DNA of 64,000 bases, taken from Trypanosoma brucei (taxonomy: Eukaryota). The notes beneath the pieces are model-generated. The model was not told where the DNA came from. It made no database searches and saw only the letters and a program-made list of their open reading frames with translations. How positions within the stretch are numbered: the stretch's first letter is position 1; each line of letters opens with the position of its first letter. Positions 25,601 through 37,312 of this stretch are shown in pieces. The position numbers and the translations under genes are program-made. Location of the stretch: positions 288,001-352,000 of the forward strand of contig AE017150.2 of assembly GCA_000002445.1 (NCBI GenBank), in the 5' to 3' direction.

Positions 25601-27688
25601 AGAATGACACGCGCACATTCTTCTGAAGCAGAAGCTTCAGTGGCAAGTTGGTTTCCATCCCCCAATGATAGAATGGGGCGCCCTCCGAAGACACACTGCT
25701 GTTTTTTTAAACAGTATGCCGATCTAAGCGCGCACTGCAGGTACATGATGTGCTGAATAAAGGTTCAAGTTTCATTAGAAAAAAAGATCAATACTAGCAA
25801 AAAAAGTGGCTTCAGCAACGCTGACAACTATGATGTTTTAGAAAGCAGCGGCATGGTCGGTGAAACGGACTACAGCGCACGACACGTAGATGCGTGGAAA
25901 AGGTAAGACCGGAAATTAGTCGTTTTCTGTTAAAACACCCCCCTTTTGTGTGTTAGCAGCGGACGCAAAACCATCTATTCGGGTGCGAGACGTAGTGAGC
26001 CGACAAACAGGTTTCCACTCGGTATGCCCCAAGAGCAGGATTTTTTTTTCGATTTCTTACAAGAAACTCCCACAATGAGACATGCCGCGTGCCGTTAGCT
26101 GCTGATAAGAATTGTATTAATCCCGATTAGAATTCTGGATCTGCTGTATGAGAGTCCGAATCGTGTTCTCCAGTATCTCACGTGTTAATGAGAGAGAGAT
26201 TTGTATACCGGAACCCTATGAATATATGTGTGAATGTGTATGTGTGTATTAATGTGCTACAGCAGTGTACAAACCTATGGAAGTCTCATGGTGAAAATGT
26301 GAACGGACAAGAACAGACACCGGTGGTGTTGTTGCTGCTTCCTGCATCAATACATCTTTGACTTGACCTAACAGGAGACGGACACTGGAAAGTTGGAGCA
26401 TGCTGTGGAATCGTAAGGGGCTTTGCACCGCAGCGGAAGAACACATGAAAGGGTCCGATGTATTATATTTCATACAAAAACCTACGGATTTTTTTTGGAG
26501 GATATGCTGTGACACCCTTTCTAAGGTGAGGAGGAGGAGGAAGTAGTAGCAACAAGCGGCACAACACCAGCACGCGCAGGAACCAGTTATCACTCATTTT
26601 TATGTATTATTACTTGCGTATGACCGCACTGACCAGCCGCTGAGGAAAGACTGTTGCAAAGTGTTCGATAACTTTGGTTTCCTTGTGAGGTGAATGAGAC
26701 ATTATTTGCTTTGCCTACCATTCGAAAGCAAAATAATGTTTAGGTGAGTGTATGCATGCACCGTGGCATCCCAGCTTCTGATATCGTCTCCTTGCCTATC
26801 TGTACCAAACGTCGACGCACGTGAAACCACCGCTGAAGGGGGATACGGGTGATCTACATTAAGGTGATGATGAAACGACTCTCCCCCCGTGCAGTTGCTG
26901 TTCTCGGGGAGTGGCGCTGGTAATGTATTCGATAGAATCTATTTATCAGAAACCGATGCGTTGCCAACCATAAACACTCAGCGCTCCCCCAAAAAGAGGG
27001 AGTGAAGTCGGCAAGAATCTCAGTGTTGTTGCCTTGGGGTGAAGCCATTAGAATAATCAACCCTAACCCTCATGCTCTCCAAATCTGGGGGATGAGGTGT
27101 GTGGTTGAAAAGGGATTCTAGCTGACTGGATGCACAAAGTCATGTTGTTCCACCAAATGTAACGAACACACGCGCACTCGTTCATTTATTTGCTAACAGC
27201 ATCTAATAGGTCTTTTAGTACATACAAAGTCTTCAGGCAGTTCGATTTAGACATATATGTACATGTTGCGCACTTACCAGTTTGTAAAGAGTGGGCTGCC
27301 ACCAATTTTGAAAGATTGTTGACTCTTAAAACCAAAGACTGGGAAGTGTTGTTCCACTACTTGACAAGTCTGACACCGCACTCGTAGGACGATAGTGTCT
27401 TTTTTAACACTGCGAGGTAGCAGCATCGTTACCTTGTGGTTGCCCTCGGCTTTTGTTAAATGCATTTCCAGTGTTTGTGCACCGGCGTTGCCACGCGAAG
27501 GGTTTACCTTCTCGTGTTTATGTCAATACTTGCGTTGGAATCGGGTGCTAACTGTTGTGCGAGACTAACTGCCACCCCCCCCAAAGAAAAGTACATATAT
27601 TTGCGCTTTCGTTGCTCCTTCATTCAAGTCATCCGGTCAAAGGACAACCCATAAGTTCACTGCTGTAGAATTAGTTCCTACCGCACAC
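19604..27688. promoter_or_regulatory. Divergent strand-switch region, a putative bidirectional Pol II transcription start zone of about 8 kb with no convincing ORF
   Basis: Genes to the left are on the - strand and genes to the right are on the + strand. Only short overlapping ORFs lie in between. In kinetoplastids such divergent strand-switch regions are the sites where polycistronic transcription starts. Confidence 0.5.
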
Positions 27689-28714
27689 ATGTTGTCGCGC
27701 ACCTTTTTTGCAGCTCAGAGGAAGATACCGTTCTATCCTGTCAATCCAAGCAACCCACTTGTGTATTTTGATATTTCCATTGGCTCCCAGAAGGCTGGAA
27801 GGGTAGAAATGGAGCTCTTCAAGGATGTGGTACCGAAAACGGCGGAGAATTTCCGTGCATTATGTACAGGTGAAAAGGGCCTGGGACGATCTGGCAAGGC
27901 ATTGTCGTACAAGGGAAGCAAGTTCCATCGCGTCATCCCTCAGTTCATGTGTCAGGGAGGAGACTTCACGAGCGGTAACGGTACGGGTGGAGAGTCAATA
28001 TACGGATTGAAATTTCCCGATGAGTCCTTCGCGGGCCGCGCTGGGAAGCACTTTGGTCCCGGGACGCTCTCCATGGCAAATGCAGGCCGCAACACAAATG
28101 GATCGCAATTCTTCATCTGCACAGCTGCAACTCCCTGGTTGGATGGGAAACATGTTGTTTTTGGACAAGTAACGAAGGGATACGAAGTCATTGAGAAGGT
28201 TGAAACCAACGGCAGCCAGTCAGGTGCCACACGTCAGCCCATCACCATCATGGATTGTGGCCAAATTGAACAGGGATAAGGGCATTCTCAGGAAGTTAAC
28301 AACGGCTGTTACGGTTGTGGTAACTGTGTTAAAAAGTACGCGAGCTTTTTTGTTTTTTTTTCACTTAGGACTGTGATCAAGTTCGATTGTGTGTTGCCTC
28401 GTTATTTCCTTCCCCATCTGCGCAGGTTCCTTCGCCTTGCATGTGGCAGCGCACCTCTGACCTCCTGGTGTTTCCAGTGGCTGGTTTCCTGCGGGAGTTT
28501 CAATGCACCTCTCAATCTCTTTCTCCTACCTCCCTTTTTCTTTAACCCAGTAGCATTAGTTTAAATAATGAATATAATATCGGTCTGTCGTGCCTATCAC
28601 TTGTGGCACTACTGAAACAACACTCACTTCCTACTTCGGGGGGGGGGGGGTTCTGCTCCTCCACCACGTGAGTCACCGTGAGCGGTAAACCCGTAATTTG
28701 CTGCGCGACTTCGG
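27413..28714. repeat. Right arm of the inverted repeat
   Basis: This arm is the reverse complement of 16238-17553. Confidence 0.9.
27689..28279 (+). CDS. Cyclophilin-type peptidyl-prolyl cis-trans isomerase, 196 aa, inverted duplicate
   Basis: The protein is identical to the minus-strand copy. The cyclophilin motifs are as listed for that copy. Confidence 0.9.
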   Translation: MLSRTFFAAQRKIPFYPVNPSNPLVYFDISIGSQKAGRVEMELFKDVVPKTAENFRALCTGEKGLGRSGKALSYKGSKFHRVIPQFMCQGGDFTSGNGTGGESIYGLKFPDESFAGRAGKHFGPGTLSMANAGRNTNGSQFFICTAATPWLDGKHVVFGQVTKGYEVIEKVETNGSQSGATRQPITIMDCGQIEQG

Positions 28715-29224
28715 TGTGTGGTTTCGGTGCGTTAACATGTAACAGTAACATGCTAGTGAGTTAGAGTCGGAGGATACCCATTCCTTTGCTTACACATGGA
28801 TGACACGTTGTGGGGAAAGTTAGGCATGCATTCGTGGTAGGATTACGTCAGTCACTTCTTCCTGCAGTAAAGCTGTAGTCCCCGGAGAAAAGGGGTACGT
28901 ATTGTTTGGGGGTGCGTTTGTGTGTCATTCCGTGAGTTGGGGCGATGCAGTTGTGCGGTCTTGCAGTCAATACTGGTTTGTTGAGGTTTGCCCTCCTCAT
29001 GAATTGTTGTTTTGTATTCTGTTTACAGTTGACGACTGCAGGCCAGCCGTTTGTTGATGGCATGCGCACTACCCAAATGGGGGTACAACTGAGAATTGCT
29101 GCTGCAGCGTCTCACTTTAACGCTGGTGTTGCCTGACCTTATCGACCGCGTTAATACCTTTGTTTTTCTTTTACAACCTACTGCACCACAAGTTTAGTTT
29201 GCGAAGTGTTTCTTTCTACGAGTT

Positions 29225-31513
29225 ATGCTTGTCGGGGTGCTTGTTTTGTACATCCTGTGCGCACCGCTCGCTGCTGTCGGAAGCATTGCAAAGTACAGTA
29301 AGACTGTCGTGACCAAAAGGCGGCTGAGAGGCGACGATGACACGTGGACGCGATATAAACCCACACCACCAGGGGCGCAACGTCTATTTGATAGTTTAGA
29401 TGAAAATACGCCCCTTCCCAAACTTCCCATTAAAACTCCGTTCTTCAGTTACGACAGTGTCGAATGGTACGTTTCTCCTTATGGGTTCCTCACCCTCACG
29501 GCGGTTCCCATGTGCAACTCGTTCTGCAGGGAGGGTTTGGATTCACCACTCACTGGCAGCTATCGGTTTGCCCGAAGGAATATTTCTGAGGGCGGTGACT
29601 GGCCGTTAATTGGGCTATTTGTTGCTGACCTTGATGTAACGAATTTGGCAGGGGATGCAGGCGTATACTATTACACACTGGATGGTGAAGAAAACCCCAC
29701 GAAGGTGATCGTGGAATATAGAGACATCCCCGTCCTGAATTGCCATGCTGACGGCAACGAACTACTGACCGCACAGGTTGAAATTTCAACCGATGGAGTT
29801 ATTGTAGCACGCTATGAAAAGGTTCCAAGATGCCGAGGCTCCGTGGGCATCGTGTTGTCGAAGAGCCAGCGAGATATCGTACAGTTTAGGCAACGCGAAA
29901 TGGGTCTCGTCGCGGTACAGTATACTCCCGTTCCTGATACCTGTGGAGAGCGGAACGAAGGATCATGTTCTGAGACGTGTACGTGGTGTGCAGCAACAAG
30001 TAGCTGCATGTCGGCGCCACTTGCAGGTGAAATATGCCCGAGAGTGTCTTCGAATAGTTCGTTAAATCATAACCACTATTACACCGTTACCGCAAAGACG
30101 GAATCAGGGAGCACCCAAGGAGGCCAGTCAGGGGGTGAGCCACTGGATACCACCGGTAGCAGTGTGAAAGTTCCCCTTCGTTTTGAGTTTCCTTTCTTCA
30201 CAAAGGGTGTGGGGAAGCACAAAATAAATAGTGTGTATATACTCTCATCTGGAGTTGTTTCGCTACTCTCCAACAAGCAAGACTGTGGTCCACTGAAGAA
30301 TGTGTGCAGCAACGGAAATTACAGCTATGCCATCATGCCATTTGTTACGTCTCAAACATGGGGCAATTCAAACGCGGTGGTTTTGAGAAGAGAAAGCGAA
30401 TCCATTACCATTTTCATAACGACTAGATCCTTCGGTGAGCTATACCACACGTACACGTATTGGTTGCGCCTTGAAAAGAGCGGTGCTATCACGTTTCACT
30501 ATCTGGCGTCTACTGTAGCAGGGTCGAGAGAAGCTTTGAGTGGGTTTTTCGCGTTCCCCCCACCGATGATTGGAGTCGCTCGTTACGGTATGGGCGATAA
30601 TGCAAGCATGATCGTTCCTTCCGCAGTGGCACGTCCAGGCACCACTGTGCGCTTCGAACCCCGGAATGAGCACGACGACTGTGGAATCAACGGGAGGTAT
30701 GAAAATGGAGGGTGTGTGTGTTCAGAAGGATTCCAAGGTAACTTCTGCGATGATTGCACTTCAGGTCATTATGGACCCAGGTGTACCAAATGCCCCAACT
30801 GCCAGAATGGGGGTGTATGCGACAGTGGCCGAGGTGGATCGGGCCGTTGCAAGTGCGCATCCTCTTTTGGTGGGAAAAACTGCGAAAAGAATTGCGGGAA
30901 CAAGGGTTGCGTGAACTGCAATTCTGTGGGGGGCTACTGTGACTGCGGCGTCTGCCGCTGCCATGAGGATAGTGGATGGAGTGGTCCGGACTGTACCACC
31001 TTTGAAGATCCGTGCCTGAAATTCTCCCTTCAGGGTTGCGATGCCTGCATGAGTCAAGAAGAACACGGCTGTGCGTTTTGTGCTGATGGCGCGTGCTATT
31101 CTACGAAATTGGAGGGAACCTCGCTTAGCCATGCGTGTTCTTACAAGGCTGAGACCCGTGATGCTCCAATCTGTCAAAAAGTCCTGCAGATTGCGCAGTC
31201 CGGCACTGACTTTGGCTATATAATATTTTTCGTCTTATGCTTGAGCGCTATTTCACTCGCTGTCATCATATCCCTTCTATCGCGCTACCTGATGTATGCG
31301 CGGAGAGTGGTTAATGTCCACGTTGCCGCAGCTGCGGGAGGCGCTCCCGACTACGTTCCTGTTCGACGGGAGCGAGAAGTTGTGCAGGCTGGTTTTGTAC
31401 CAGTGAACTTACCCAAGGGTAAAAAGTACGTTTTGGGTGTCCCACTGAAGCAGATATCGCTTCACAAACTGTATAAGGAACAGCAGAATGAAGGGTTCCC
31501 TAACAAGGAATGA
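29225..31513 (+). CDS. Type I membrane protein with laminin-type EGF-like cysteine-rich repeats (paralogue 1), 762 aa
   Basis: An N-terminal signal peptide (MLVGVLVLYILCAPLAAVGS) is followed by a roughly 450-aa ectodomain. That leads into clustered Cys modules (CxCxxGFxGxxCDDC, HYGPRC, CKC..GKNC) and a PSI-like CDAC...CAFC..GAC segment. A TM helix (FGYIIFFVLCLSAISLAVIISLL) and a 90-aa cytoplasmic tail follow. Confidence 0.8.
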   Translation: MLVGVLVLYILCAPLAAVGSIAKYSKTVVTKRRLRGDDDTWTRYKPTPPGAQRLFDSLDENTPLPKLPIKTPFFSYDSVEWYVSPYGFLTLTAVPMCNSFCREGLDSPLTGSYRFARRNISEGGDWPLIGLFVADLDVTNLAGDAGVYYYTLDGEENPTKVIVEYRDIPVLNCHADGNELLTAQVEISTDGVIVARYEKVPRCRGSVGIVLSKSQRDIVQFRQREMGLVAVQYTPVPDTCGERNEGSCSETCTWCAATSSCMSAPLAGEICPRVSSNSSLNHNHYYTVTAKTESGSTQGGQSGGEPLDTTGSSVKVPLRFEFPFFTKGVGKHKINSVYILSSGVVSLLSNKQDCGPLKNVCSNGNYSYAIMPFVTSQTWGNSNAVVLRRESESITIFITTRSFGELYHTYTYWLRLEKSGAITFHYLASTVAGSREALSGFFAFPPPMIGVARYGMGDNASMIVPSAVARPGTTVRFEPRNEHDDCGINGRYENGGCVCSEGFQGNFCDDCTSGHYGPRCTKCPNCQNGGVCDSGRGGSGRCKCASSFGGKNCEKNCGNKGCVNCNSVGGYCDCGVCRCHEDSGWSGPDCTTFEDPCLKFSLQGCDACMSQEEHGCAFCADGACYSTKLEGTSLSHACSYKAETRDAPICQKVLQIAQSGTDFGYIIFFVLCLSAISLAVIISLLSRYLMYARRVVNVHVAAAAGGAPDYVPVRREREVVQAGFVPVNLPKGKKYVLGVPLKQISLHKLYKEQQNEGFPNKE

Positions 31514-33286
31514 CATCCACCCCTGGGTGCGCCGTTCCCAGAAGATGCTGAGGGCAGCGGTTCCCCACCAAAATCAGCTATATAAATTTCCCGCTGTGTA
31601 AGCGGCGCCCTCCCTATTGCCATATATTAAATTAATCTTGCTTTTGCGATGTGACAGCAACAGCTGATGTCGCGTGAGGCCCCAGCGTGGAAGAGAGAGT
31701 TGAACAACTTATCACTTAGAGGGGTGCCTTAGGTCTTGGAATCGGCGTATGGGATCGGCTAGCATATAAAAAGCCACTTGAATACCCTGTGTGTGTGTTT
31801 GGTGGTTATCACTTGGAGTCGTTGCTATGACCCCGGCGTTGGAAGTAGTTGCCTTCTTCCCGTTTGTATTATTGGCATAATGTTGTATATAGCGTTAAGG
31901 AAGATAGTACAGAAGCGACTGTGGTCTGAGTGGTGTCCGATGTAACTTTGGACGTCCGTGGTACCGACCCTTGCACACATCCAGTTGTCTGCGTATAACT
32001 GTGTGTCAAAGGGTTGCGGCACCCGGCTGCGCCTTGCTCCTGTGCACTTTCCGTAGTTTTATTCGGTTTGTCAGGAAAAATGATTGACGGAGGGGCTGCA
32101 CCGCGGCCGGATAACCATCACATTCAATGTGAGTCTCCCACACAACTTCTCAGGACAACTCAGAAGGCCCATTCCATAAGGTGGCATTTGTCTAAGATCA
32201 GCGCGTATAACCGAATCACAGGAGGTTATGAATCGAGTGATTTTGAGTCACTTGGTTTTCTGGTCACGGTCGTGACGTCAGCTTGTTCTGCTCTGGCGGT
32301 CTTAGGAAATGAACTAGCCCTAAAGCGTCGTGCCTGCTGTGGGATGCATATCGCACCCCCGCAAGTTCCCACGCCGCAGATACGTTAAGATCTATTTTAC
32401 GAGGGTATTCAGTTTGCTGAGCGGTGGTGGCTACTGCGATTGTGGCCAAGTCTGCATGACCTCCGGGGAGCTTCGATAACAGCAGGACCGTGCCTGGCGG
32501 ACAGCGTCTCGAGCACCTTCTGAAGGGGCCTTGTCAAATTCCTAAAACAGGGATATGTGAGTTGGGTTGTTTCTTATTAATGTGGCGGCCGCCGTTTCTT
32601 GCCGTGACAGGGTTTTGATGGGATTCTGTTTTCCGATGGAAAGGAGCATTACCGTTGCTGGCTCATAGGTGCAGTGACTCACCAAAACGAATAGGTACGA
32701 CTAAAGGAGGCGAAGCGGGAAGGCTGAATGTCGTTGACATTTTTTTGAGTTCCAGTACTTGGTGGCGTCAGAGTCTTTGAGTTTCCCCGTTTGGAGGAAA
32801 ATGTGAGCACTGTGGCAGTGTGTCAAGTTAGGTGGCGAATTTTCTTAGCATTTCCGACTCCTTTGTGTGTAAATGATGCTTTAGGTGTGGAAAGGAGTGT
32901 ATGCCTCTTCAACGCTCGGTGTTGTTGGCGACAACATTGGAGGTTGAACTGCAAGGGTCATACATACAGTGAAGCTTTGCCACCAATGGAGCCATCAGTG
33001 CCGCAGTGCCGCGCTGTTTGCCCGCACCCCCTTGGGTATGAGGTTTGTGCAAAAGTGCAGGTGGATGCGGCTCGCGTAAGAAAAAAACAGCCATGCACCT
33101 TTCCTATCAGACGAAAACAAAGGGTGTAACCTCAGATACCGTGGATAGAGTAATATGAAGGGGAACTCACGAGGCTGCGTTAGTACTTTTGTTGCATGGT
33201 ACCTTCTACCGTAACCCCAACTTTGTCTTGCTGTGATTTCTCCGCTTCTAATCCTGACAAGGCCCGTACATTGAAATATAGGAAAT

Positions 33287-33655
33287 ATGGACAGCAACGT
33301 CACTTACGCCGCACAACTTGAGAGCGCTGCAGAGGAGGTAGCCGAGGCGAAACAGTACCTCATAAAACTTGACAGGAGGCAGCACCAACTGAAGGAGGCG
33401 AGTCGAGCCCTAAAGAAAACACCAGTGTTGGGCGACGTTTGGCTGCTGTGCAGTGGGGGCGTCTTTGTGCGTTCTGAGTTGAAATACGAAGACACTCTGC
33501 GTTACTTGTCGTGGAAAATGGGCGCTGGTGAGCGAGACATTGAGGATTGTCGTGACGCTCTTAAGAGGAAGGTGGCATACTTGGCGGAGCTGGAGGGCCC
33601 CGATAACGCAATAGCAAAGCTGTACGAGGGCTTTGAACTGACCCCAGTGAATTAG
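33287..33655 (+). CDS. Small coiled-coil protein, 122 aa, possibly prefoldin-like or PDRG1-like
   Basis: This is a clean ORF in the rightward unit. The heptad-rich N and C termini flank a short beta-hairpin-like centre, DVWLLCSGGVFVR, the architecture of prefoldin beta-type subunits. The similarity is judged by eye only. Confidence 0.45.
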   Translation: MDSNVTYAAQLESAAEEVAEAKQYLIKLDRRQHQLKEASRALKKTPVLGDVWLLCSGGVFVRSELKYEDTLRYLSWKMGAGERDIEDCRDALKRKVAYLAELEGPDNAIAKLYEGFELTPVN

Positions 33656-33826
33656 TACCAATACGTTGCCTCCTTTTGAGACTTTTAAATTCCCTTATAC
33701 ACAACAAAATTGAGTAAGGGTATGCCTTGCGAACGTGCGTATTCCCGTGTTGCATTCAGGATTTTTCCTTGAGAGCGTCATCCAATCTTCTTTGCTCAAT
33801 TCTCCCCGTAGCAACTCAAAGGGCCC

Positions 33827-34639
33827 ATGAACACGGAGGACTCCTCCCTGTTTACCCTAAAATTTCTTTCTGTTAGGGCGGTTATTCATAGTTTGAGGTA
33901 TCTTTGTTCGCGGGACGCTAGCGTGAGGTTTGTTGTGTCCGTCGCCGGAGGTTCGCCAGAGGTACGCTTGACAAGGGTGGGAGTTCCAGACTACAGTTAC
34001 ACCGAAGTTGTTCTGAGAGCTGGAGACGCAGGGAAGAAGTGGAAAGAGGTTCAGCTCCACGACTCTAATGACGAAGATGTATTCTCATTTGTGATTCATG
34101 GACCGCTGCTTCTTCGCACCCTCCAGATGTTCGAACGGAGCAAACCCGTAAAGCTGGGGTTGTGCAGCGACTTGACAAGTATCTTTTTGTACTCCGATGG
34201 GTACGAACGCTGGGTGCGGCTTGGTGTTTTCCACGACCTTGGACCGATGCTCAACGTCAGGCAGCCAATATCCGCTTTACATCGCGTCGCCGACCTTCAA
34301 GCGTTCTGCCATATTGCGCGGTTTGTTAGGAATTCTCAGGATGGCACATGCGTTGTGGTTCTGGGTTTCGATAACATGAACTCCTTTATAGAGCTAAGGA
34401 CAACAGAGGCTATGGTGTCCGTCCTTCTTGATGGTGAGACTCTTCGGCGCCGTTATGAGGGCAGGGCGGGGAAAGAGGAAGTGACTGCGTTTGCTGAATA
34501 TGCATCCCGTGTGGCCGATGATGCCGTTCTTAGCGTTGGTTTTGGCACGGATGGATTGGCCGTGTTTCAGCTGAAATGGGGCGGCCCTCCGGCGCATTGT
34601 GAGGAATCATCTGCGTATTTGTATTTTTGTGCTATCTGA
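33827..34639 (+). CDS. Hypothetical protein, 270 aa, possibly a PCNA-fold sliding-clamp-like protein
   Basis: The ORF is in the unit orientation. Its size and its N-terminal pattern F-x-L-K-F-x5-V-x3-L-x2-L resemble PCNA/Hus1/Rad1-type clamp subunits. The family assignment is speculative. Confidence 0.45.
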   Translation: MNTEDSSLFTLKFLSVRAVIHSLRYLCSRDASVRFVVSVAGGSPEVRLTRVGVPDYSYTEVVLRAGDAGKKWKEVQLHDSNDEDVFSFVIHGPLLLRTLQMFERSKPVKLGLCSDLTSIFLYSDGYERWVRLGVFHDLGPMLNVRQPISALHRVADLQAFCHIARFVRNSQDGTCVVVLGFDNMNSFIELRTTEAMVSVLLDGETLRRRYEGRAGKEEVTAFAEYASRVADDAVLSVGFGTDGLAVFQLKWGGPPAHCEESSAYLYFCAI

Positions 34640-34756
34640 GTAACTTGCGCATGTAAATGTTCTTCCATTTGAGTTAGATGAAAATGCTTAAAGTAGTGTA
34701 AACATACTCGTATTCATGACTTTCCCCTTTCCTCTATCTTTTTGAATGACCCCTAA

Positions 34757-35380
34757 GTGAAAATGTCTCTAGGGAGTGCGCTTGCGCCAACCCACAATGT
34801 ATTGGTATGCCATTCGCCAGAGCTACCGCCGCAGCAAGTGCGTTGTGTAGCTGAATGCTACGGTGTAGTGTTGGATATTTCCTCGTACCACCTCGTTGAC
34901 AACACCGATCTTGTTAGCATCGTACAATATCGCGATCCAGAGAGCGTCGTGCTGTGCTACGAGTCTCTGAAAGCTCACATGTCGCAAAAGGGGTCTCCAG
35001 TCAAGAAGGTTGCCTGGGTCCATGCGAAGGCCACATCAGAGATATTACATAAGTCGTATATTCGGTGCCCGTATAAGGAGGAAGATACAGCTCCGACCAA
35101 CCATGCACACGGGTTTTTAGTGGCCTACCTTGGCGAGTTGGAAGACACCGTTCGCTCTCAGTTTCTTTGCTCGGTGAAAGCCGACACAAATGCGGTGGAC
35201 TTCTTCGTGGATACAGAATATAAAGGGAGGTGTTTTCTCCACTATCCTACTGTTGAGGCAGCTGAGGAGACACGTCGCGGCTTTTCCATGTGTCATCCCA
35301 GCTTGAGGAGGGCAATCCACCACTGTGACGAGGCTGATTATTTTAATGCGAGGAAGAAACAACTGCAAGTGGACAGATGA
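34757..35380 (+). CDS. Hypothetical protein, 207 aa
   Basis: The ORF is in the unit orientation and has a complex composition. I recognise no domain. The C-terminal KGRCFLHYPTVEAAEE segment is faintly RNP-like. Confidence 0.45.
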   Translation: MKMSLGSALAPTHNVLVCHSPELPPQQVRCVAECYGVVLDISSYHLVDNTDLVSIVQYRDPESVVLCYESLKAHMSQKGSPVKKVAWVHAKATSEILHKSYIRCPYKEEDTAPTNHAHGFLVAYLGELEDTVRSQFLCSVKADTNAVDFFVDTEYKGRCFLHYPTVEAAEETRRGFSMCHPSLRRAIHHCDEADYFNARKKQLQVDR

Positions 35381-36696
35381 CGTTTTTTTTTGATCATTGC
35401 CCAGAATTTGCTACTCTGGCGGTGAGTTTAGTTTGACACATTTTTATTTTAGCACTGTGGGTGGTAGTCTGGTCCTTTCTGTTGGTACTATTACTGGGAG
35501 GGGGAAGGGGGCTAGCGGTGATGAACATTGGGTTCTATATTTATCGACCCTATCAAGCAATACGCGTAATGCGGCACAAGAGCAAGTCGTTAGCCACACT
35601 GTTTGTTTTCTCCACTATTTCGCGGACGTCGCAGGTCGCCGGCAGCAGCTTTTTTTTTTTTTGGCTTCTGGTGGATATTACCGCTTGCGCGGTGTCCTTT
35701 GTGTTTTTTTCGTTGATGGTTTTCGACGCTGTTAGCTGCGGTGCTGCAGGTGCTACCTGTCTTTCCCCCACCTGAACCATTACACATCCAGTGGTTTATG
35801 AGCGCTTTACTTGGGTGCATTTGTACACGTTAGTTCGGGCTCATGTGTGAGTTAGGTGGGAATATTCTTTGCATTCAAGAACCCACACAACCCGTTTGAG
35901 ACTTTGACCCCGAAATTCTTGTTTAACGTCGTTTCGTGACATGTTCTCTTTGGCAGCTCGTAGCTTGAGGATTTCATTGCGTATCGGAGGAGATGTCCCC
36001 GTGGTTCCCATAATTTCACTTTTGTCAAAGAAAAGGTGTTTCACCACCTAAAACATCATATTTGCCATTATTGGATCTGCCTCAGCGTTGGTATGGTTTC
36101 AATACCGCAACCCCACGTGAGGAGACGAGATTTCTGGGCGGTGATTTTATTGATGCCAGGGCTGGCCCGCCTCCTCGACCCGCTCCGTTTCTACCAGATT
36201 GGTAAAGGCTAGAAGTGGTTTTATTATAAGGGGGACAGTATCAGGGGTTTTTCTTTTCTTTTACAAACAGCATATAACTACACTATGACCGTTATAGATG
36301 TCACTTTAACCCGTCGAGCCGCAACATAAGTGGTCCAGTGGGAGTTTGTTAGCCTCTTTGCACGATTGCTTTTGTGGTGAGAGTAGCGAATTCGTTGCAC
36401 ACCTTCTGCCCCCTCAAATGTTTTTGTAAAAGTGCGTAGGAACGTATAGTAGGATCAGTCAGTTCTTGTCTTCACTAATAATTATCCATGTGAGTTATCA
36501 CCTTATGTGTGTATTCTGTGTTTAGAGAGCTTGCAAAAGGTCCACGTTTTCTTGGATCAGACCATATGGCCGAGTTGAACGGCCCTTTTTATATCAGGGT
36601 TTCGTGTTTAAATACCCCTGTTTGTGCTGTAGGCATTAGTGCCGTCGCTTGACGGCATCCCCTAGTGCAATTATTGTAAATGCTGTTTACCATTTC

Positions 36697-36790
36697 TCAG
36701 AGAGAACGACAGAACCAAAGTCAAGATAGTCCCTTTACTTTTACTCACTCATCTGACCGTGAGTGATAAAGTTTCCCGTGTCTCTATTGT
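36697..36790 (+). pseudogene. Orphan 3' fragment of an EGF-like membrane protein gene, encoding ...QRERQNQSQDSPFTFTHSSDRE*
   Basis: This stretch is identical to the 3' end of CDS 37391-39799 but is preceded by unrelated sequence. Confidence 0.7.
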
Positions 36791-37312
36791 GCAATGAATC
36801 CTCGCAATGCTTCACGGCATGATTTGTGGGAGTCTCACCCGAAATGTTGCGACCTGTGAGTGGCCCCCGTAATCTGCGGTTTTCTGTTCAACGGGAGTGT
36901 AACTAATCCCAACGTTGTGTGGTTTTATTTATTTTTTACATCTCTTTTTAACCCTCCGCTGCTTTCTGCAGAAGATGCACTCGGGACTCGTTTAGTTTGG
37001 TCTAACCACCTTTCTTTCTCTTTTTTACTTTGTTCCCCTTTACTTACTTTTGTTTGATTGTATCGGCTACAGATGGTGACACCTCCTCTCAATGTATTTA
37101 GCGGGAGTGCGGTGCTACCTTCTTTTTGATGATGACTGGTACTTACACACATGGTAGCTGGCCATAGGCTTGTTGTTAGGGTGTAATTTCCATGACGAGC
37201 GGCTATTGTTAAATTCACCTTCCTGTCCATTTTTTTTCTCATCAATTCACTCAACTGTTGGCTTTCTTTCCTTTTTGCAAAATCCGTTGTGTGTACAGAC
37301 TCACTCCCACAC

